Shown: one piece after another, positions 59,873 to 64,000 of the stretch | Layout of the letters: each line of letters starts with the position of its first letter | How positions within the stretch are numbered: position 1 is the first letter of the stretch | NCBI GenBank assembly: GCA_963716725.1 | Contig: CAVQUB010000015.1 | Coordinates: 256,001-320,000 of the forward strand | DNA: 64,000 bases | Direction of reading: 5' to 3' | From: an uncultured delta proteobacterium | GTDB lineage: Bacteria > Myxococcota_A > Polyangia > Polyangiales > Polyangiaceae | Position numbers and translations under genes: made by a program | Notes under the pieces: generated by a model | The model's input: the letters and a program-made list of their open reading frames with translations, nothing else | Databases searched by the model: none | What the model was told of the DNA's origin: nothing

Positions 59873-59991
59873 GACGGAGGGACCGCGGCGCTTGTCACGG
59901 GGTTGCCGGACAGTCGCTTCAAGTTTCCGTAAGTAAGGGAGATTTTCGGGTTCCCGGGGGGGCGCGGTGACAGGAATGGCCCGCTGTCGTC
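59873..59991. promoter_or_regulatory. Back-to-back ECF-type promoter motifs GTGACA-N15/16-CGTC
   Basis: Minus strand: GTGACA 59898-59893, 16 nt, CGTC 59876-59873; plus strand: GTGACA 59967-59972, 15 nt, CGTC 59988-59991. Confidence 0.6.
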
Positions 59992-60001
59992 TAGTGGCGA
60001 G

Positions 60002-60961
60002 GTGGATGCCCTCGCGCCGTCCCGGGAGCTGTCGATGCTGATCGCGGCGGGCGATTTGCGCCGAGCCGGAGAGTGGCTCGTGGCGCGCTACGCGCGGGAC
60101 GTGATCGCGTTGTGTCGGAGCATGGTGAGAGAGCGCGCGCTCTCGGAGGATCTGGCGCAAGACGTGTTCGCGCAGGCGTTCGCGCACCTCGGAGGCTATC
60201 GCGCGGAGGCGGCGCCCCGGACCTGGCTGCTCGCCATCGCGCGCAACCGCTGCATCGATCAGCTCCGGCGCAGCGATCGTGAGCCCTGGCGAGATGCCGA
60301 CGACGGGCTCGAGGCGGATCACCTCGCGGACGACGCTCCACTGCCGCCCGAGCTGTTGCTGCGCCGTGCCGACGTCGATGACGCCTTGAGGGATCTGGAA
60401 GAGAACGAGCGAGCGCTGATTGTTCTGCGTTTCCGCCACGGACTCGAGTACCCCGAGCTGGCGAGCGTGTTCGGTTTGCGGGAAGGCACCGTGCGCATGC
60501 GGCTGTCGCGCGCGCTCGGCAAGATGCGCAGCAGGCTCGAAGCGCGGGACGGGCAGGCAGCGTCGCTTGGGGGCAGCGCCCCCGAAGCGCAGGGCGAAGC
60601 GGCGCCCTCGCGGGGGCGAGGGGCTATCGAGCTACCCGCTCCAGGCGCGCCGCCGCCGGCCGCGGCTCGAGCGCCTTCGTTCGCGCCGCCACTTGCCTCG
60701 GAGCAAGCCCCGAGCGCCCGGCCGCTGTCCGCTCCCTCGCGCGCGAGCCGAGCCACGTCGGGCGCTCCGGCTCCGCGGGCCGTGAGCTGGCTCGAACGCC
60801 TGCGCGGCTTCTTCCGCAGCGCCCCCGAGGAGCTCGCGCCAGAAGACACCGAGCCGCAGCCGCCCACGACGCCCTTCGCGGCGGCGCTCGCCGACCCCGA
60901 CGCCGAGCCGACCGAAGGGTTCTCCCGGAAGCTGGAGGCTCTCCTGGCTGGGCTGCCCTGA
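60002..60961 (+). CDS. ECF RNA polymerase sigma factor with Pro/Ala-rich C-terminal extension
   Basis: EDLAQDVF, TWLLAIARNRCIDQLR (region 2); YPELASVFGLREGTVRMRLSRA (region 4). Confidence 0.9.
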   Translation: MDALAPSRELSMLIAAGDLRRAGEWLVARYARDVIALCRSMVRERALSEDLAQDVFAQAFAHLGGYRAEAAPRTWLLAIARNRCIDQLRRSDREPWRDADDGLEADHLADDAPLPPELLLRRADVDDALRDLEENERALIVLRFRHGLEYPELASVFGLREGTVRMRLSRALGKMRSRLEARDGQAASLGGSAPEAQGEAAPSRGRGAIELPAPGAPPPAAARAPSFAPPLASEQAPSARPLSAPSRASRATSGAPAPRAVSWLERLRGFFRSAPEELAPEDTEPQPPTTPFAAALADPDAEPTEGFSRKLEALLAGLP

Positions 60962-60968
60962 TCGGGCG

Positions 60969-63201
60969 TCAGCCGCTGCGCACGGCCTTGGCTCGGAGCG
61001 ACGCGACGCTCACGCCGCCCTTCGTTCGCACCGCGACCCGCAGCGAATCGTCAGCGTCGACCGCCGGGGTCCAGCGGATCTCGCTGCCCGTGCCTTCGAC
61101 GAGTCCCTCGGCCTCCCAGCGCCAGGTCGCGCCCGCGGGCGCGCCGCGGAGCTGCGCGTCGATGGCGTCGCCGGTGCGAGTGGCGACGATTTCGATCTCG
61201 GGTGGATCGAAGAGCGGCAGATCCCGGCTTCGCACGGCGCGCCGGGCGCCGGTGTCGACCCATTGATCGATCACGTCGAGGCGCTTGCCTGCCGGAGCGT
61301 CGCCGTCGTTGAGCGACATGCCGCCGTCGGCGGGCGGCGGATCGGCGACCATCGAGTCGTCCTCGGCGTCCGCGTCCTTGCCGCCATCGTCGGGCAGCGC
61401 ATCGACCACCATCTGATCGGGCTCCACGTCGTAGCCGCTGTCGCCCGGCAGCGGATCAGCGACGAAGTGGTCGTCCTTGCCGCCGTCGGTCGGCGGATCG
61501 GTCGAGCTGGTGTCGCCCCCGCAGCCCGTGGCGCCGAGGGCCCAGAGCGCGAGCGAAGCCGTCAGCGCGACATTGGATCTCGAGCGCGCCGGCGCACGCT
61601 TCCGTGCCCGAGGCTCCCCGAGGCGGCGGACGAAAGCGCTGATGTCGGCGTAGAACTCGTCGAGCTCGTGCTGCCAGGCTCGGTCCGAGGCGGCGACATC
61701 GAGGGCCAAGAGCGCGGTTCCGCGCTCGATGGCGTCGAAGTCATCGAGGCTCGCCGACTGAGCCAGGTCGACGGCCTTCTCGAGCAACGCGGCAGTGTCG
61801 AGGGTGATGGCGCGGGTCAGTGACTCGGCGCGCTCGAGCAAGCGTCGGTGCGCCCCCCCGAGGTCCGGGTGGAAGTGCTCCACCAGCTTGGCCGCGTAGC
61901 CCACGCCCATGTAGCGGTTGGCCACACCGTCGCAGCGGTAGTTGCGCTCGCGGAACGCCGCCGACGCGATGCGGAACGCGAGCTCCGCTCGGGCGTCGTC
62001 GATGCGGTAGTTCCAGCCGAGGTAGCTGCCGCCGATCTTGCCGGCGTCGGCCAGACCCTGTTGCAGCGGCGTGCCGTAGTAGGGCTCGGCGCGGCAGAAG
62101 TTCACGGGCTGCGTCGGGTGCTCGCGCATGAACGCGATGTTCTCGCGCACGTCGGTCGAGGGTCGCCCCGGGCTCGAATACCAGCAGATTGTAGCAGGCG
62201 AAGATCCCGGCTTGCTCGCAGGCCGCCAGCGCCTGCGCCACGGCCTGGTGCTGCACGCCGCGGTTCAAATGCTCCGAGCCCGCGCGGGCCACGTTCTCGA
62301 CTCCGACGTAGAGGCGCACGACGCCCAGCGCGCGGAGCTCGGTGGCGAGCTCGGCGGTCAGGGTCTCGGGCCGGCATTTACCGATGAATCCGGCGCCTTC
62401 GACCTGCCGCGCGCGCAGACTGTCCCGGATGGCGCGGATCCGCGCCAGCGAGTCTTCGGGTTTGGGCAACAAGAAGTTGTCGTCGTGGAAGCAGAACACG
62501 CAGGCCTCGCCGATGGCGTGGCTGAGCCCCGCCATTTCGTCGGCGATGTTCTCGGGGCTGCGGAAGCGCAGCATCGGACCGCCGCCGTCGCGCTTGGCGT
62601 CGCGGTAGAACGACGTGATGGAGCAGTACGAGCAGCTGCCCCAGCAGCCGCGAGAGGCCATGATGGGCACGAAGGGCACGCCGGCGTGGCGCGCGGGCTG
62701 GCGGTAGCGGATGGGGAAGGGCAGCGAATCGAGGCTGGTGCCCAGGCCGCGCCCGGGGTTCTTGCGGACGCCCTCCGGTGCAGCGAGGGCGAGCCCACGC
62801 ACGGAGTCTAGGGGCTCACGTCGCTCGAGCTTCTCGAGCAGCTCGACGAAGGTCTCTTCGCCGTCGTGCAGCACCACGCTGTCGACCCCGTGCCCGCGGC
62901 CGAGCACCTCGCTGAAGGCCAGGGTCGGAAACTGTCCGCCCGCCGTCACGTGTCCGCGAAAGCCCTCGCGCCGCAGCAGGCGCGCCAGCGAGAGGAACTC
63001 GTGGGAGCGGTGCTGGAACTGCATGCTGAGCCCGACGACGTCGGGCGAGTCGTGGGCTATCTCGCGAGCGATGCGCCCGCGGGAGCCCGAGTCGTTGAAG
63101 GGCACGACTCGCACCTCGTGGCCGGCACCTTGCGCCACGGCCGCGATCATCCCGAGCCCGAAATTCTCCTCGAAGTCCGCCCCGACCAGCACCACGCGCA
63201 T
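60969..63201 (-). CDS. B12-binding radical SAM protein fused to an internal lipoprotein signal, acidic repeats and a small beta domain; +1 frameshift ~62155 (~743 aa)
   Basis: VGLSMQF, AGGQFPT, SRGCWGSCSYC, FHDDNF, YVGVEN; ..ATLDDVRENI..EPYYGTPL after removing one base; LALWALGATG-C at 61521. Confidence 0.85.
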
Positions 63202-63286
63202 GGGTCACCTCCACGGCAATGCTGCGGCGCTTCGTCGGCCCTGAACATGACGGGCATCAACACCTCGGATAGGCTCGACCGTCGCG

Positions 63287-64000
63287 ATGCAGCTCATCGT
63301 CACCCACGACATGACGGACTTCGACGCTTTGGCCGCGGCGGTGGCCGCGCAGAAGCTCCATCCGGGCGCCGCGATCGCGCTGGGGCGTCGCGTGGGCAAA
63401 GAGGTGCGCGGGTACCTGGCGCTGCACAAGGACCGGTTCGTGACCTTGCTGCACTCCGAGATCGATCCGGAGCTGGTGCGCCACCTGATCGTCGTGGACG
63501 TGCGGCGCAAGAGCCGGCTCAGGGATTTTGCCCGACTGGTCGAGCGCGCGGAGCTCGGCGAGGTCGAGGTCACCGTCTACGATCACCATCCCGCCGACGA
63601 CGACGATCTGCGCGCTGACCGGGCGGTGATCGAGGCGGTCGGCTCGGCCACGACCCTGCTGGTGGAGCAGATGGACGCCGAAGACGTCGTCGTGGACGAG
63701 GTCGAGGCCACGCTGCTGGCGCTGGGCATCCACGCGGACACGGGCTCGCTCAACTATGCGGGCACCACCGCGCGCGACGCCCGTGCGCTCGGGTGGCTGC
63801 TCGACCAAGGCGCGAGCTTGGCGGTGATGAGCCGCTACCTCGAGCCGGCTTTCACCGGGGCCCAGCGAGCGCTCTTGGTGGAGCTGCTTGGCGCCATCGA
63901 GGTCGAGCACGTGGGCCACCTCGACGTCGCGTTTGTGCACAGGACCATGCCGCGGGCGGTGGAGGGCTTCGCCGAGGTGATCACCGAGATCGCGGAGCTG
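63287..64000 (+). CDS. DHH-family phosphoesterase domain protein, probably the DHH-CBS-nucleotidyltransferase (A-adding) type; runs off the window
   Basis: MQLIVTHDMTDFDALAA, LIVVD, YDHHP, VGSATT, LGIHADTGSL; absent from the ORF track because it has no stop in the window. Confidence 0.75.
   Translation, partial: MQLIVTHDMTDFDALAAAVAAQKLHPGAAIALGRRVGKEVRGYLALHKDRFVTLLHSEIDPELVRHLIVVDVRRKSRLRDFARLVERAELGEVEVTVYDHHPADDDDLRADRAVIEAVGSATTLLVEQMDAEDVVVDEVEATLLALGIHADTGSLNYAGTTARDARALGWLLDQGASLAVMSRYLEPAFTGAQRALLVELLGAIEVEHVGHLDVAFVHRTMPRAVEGFAEVITEIAEL

Noticed and set aside
58799..60439. 546-aa version of the conserved hypothetical protein
   Set aside because: Extension is antisense to the ECF sigma gene; an RBS supports ATG 59827
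62140..62170. Programmed ribosomal frameshift in the radical SAM gene
   Set aside because: No slippery heptamer, the break falls inside the catalytic barrel, and similar indels occur across the window

Overview
High-GC (~70%) bacterial chromosome segment, most likely a myxobacterium (Myxococcota/Polyangiales), judging by Gly-rich lipoproteins, MYXO-CTERM-like tails, Cys-rich repeat proteins and a giant TPR protein. Housekeeping content includes rimO, pyrC-carA, hutI/hutU, long-form Lhr helicase, tRNA-Leu(CAG) and the start of a DHH-family gene. At least seven single-base indels break otherwise intact genes, including pyrC, which points to long-read sequencing error rather than pseudogenes. 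Most notable: (1) a TetR-headed, translationally coupled 10-gene operon (1982-17387) built around a fused PlsA/Ger-like four-domain Fe-S activator-reductase, with an SCP2-type thiolase, CoA ligase, SDR, two acyl-CoA dehydrogenases, a ferredoxin-nitroreductase, an HLD/OleB-like hydrolase and a B12 radical SAM; (2) a B12 radical SAM enzyme fused to an internal lipoprotein signal and tandem (F/M)-V-x-D-(P/A)-x-P repeats, a candidate self-modifying enzyme-substrate fusion (60969-63201); (3) a hidden small membrane protein with an in-frame UGA followed by a SECIS-like hairpin, a candidate selenoprotein (42294-42653); (4) an ECF sigma factor and a divergent conserved gene sharing back-to-back GTGACA-N15/16-CGTC promoter motifs; (5) a catalytically dead amidase, a MIF tautomerase coupled to hutI, and a TA pair with an att-like scar at the tRNA. 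All product calls come from motif reading only; no database searches were run.
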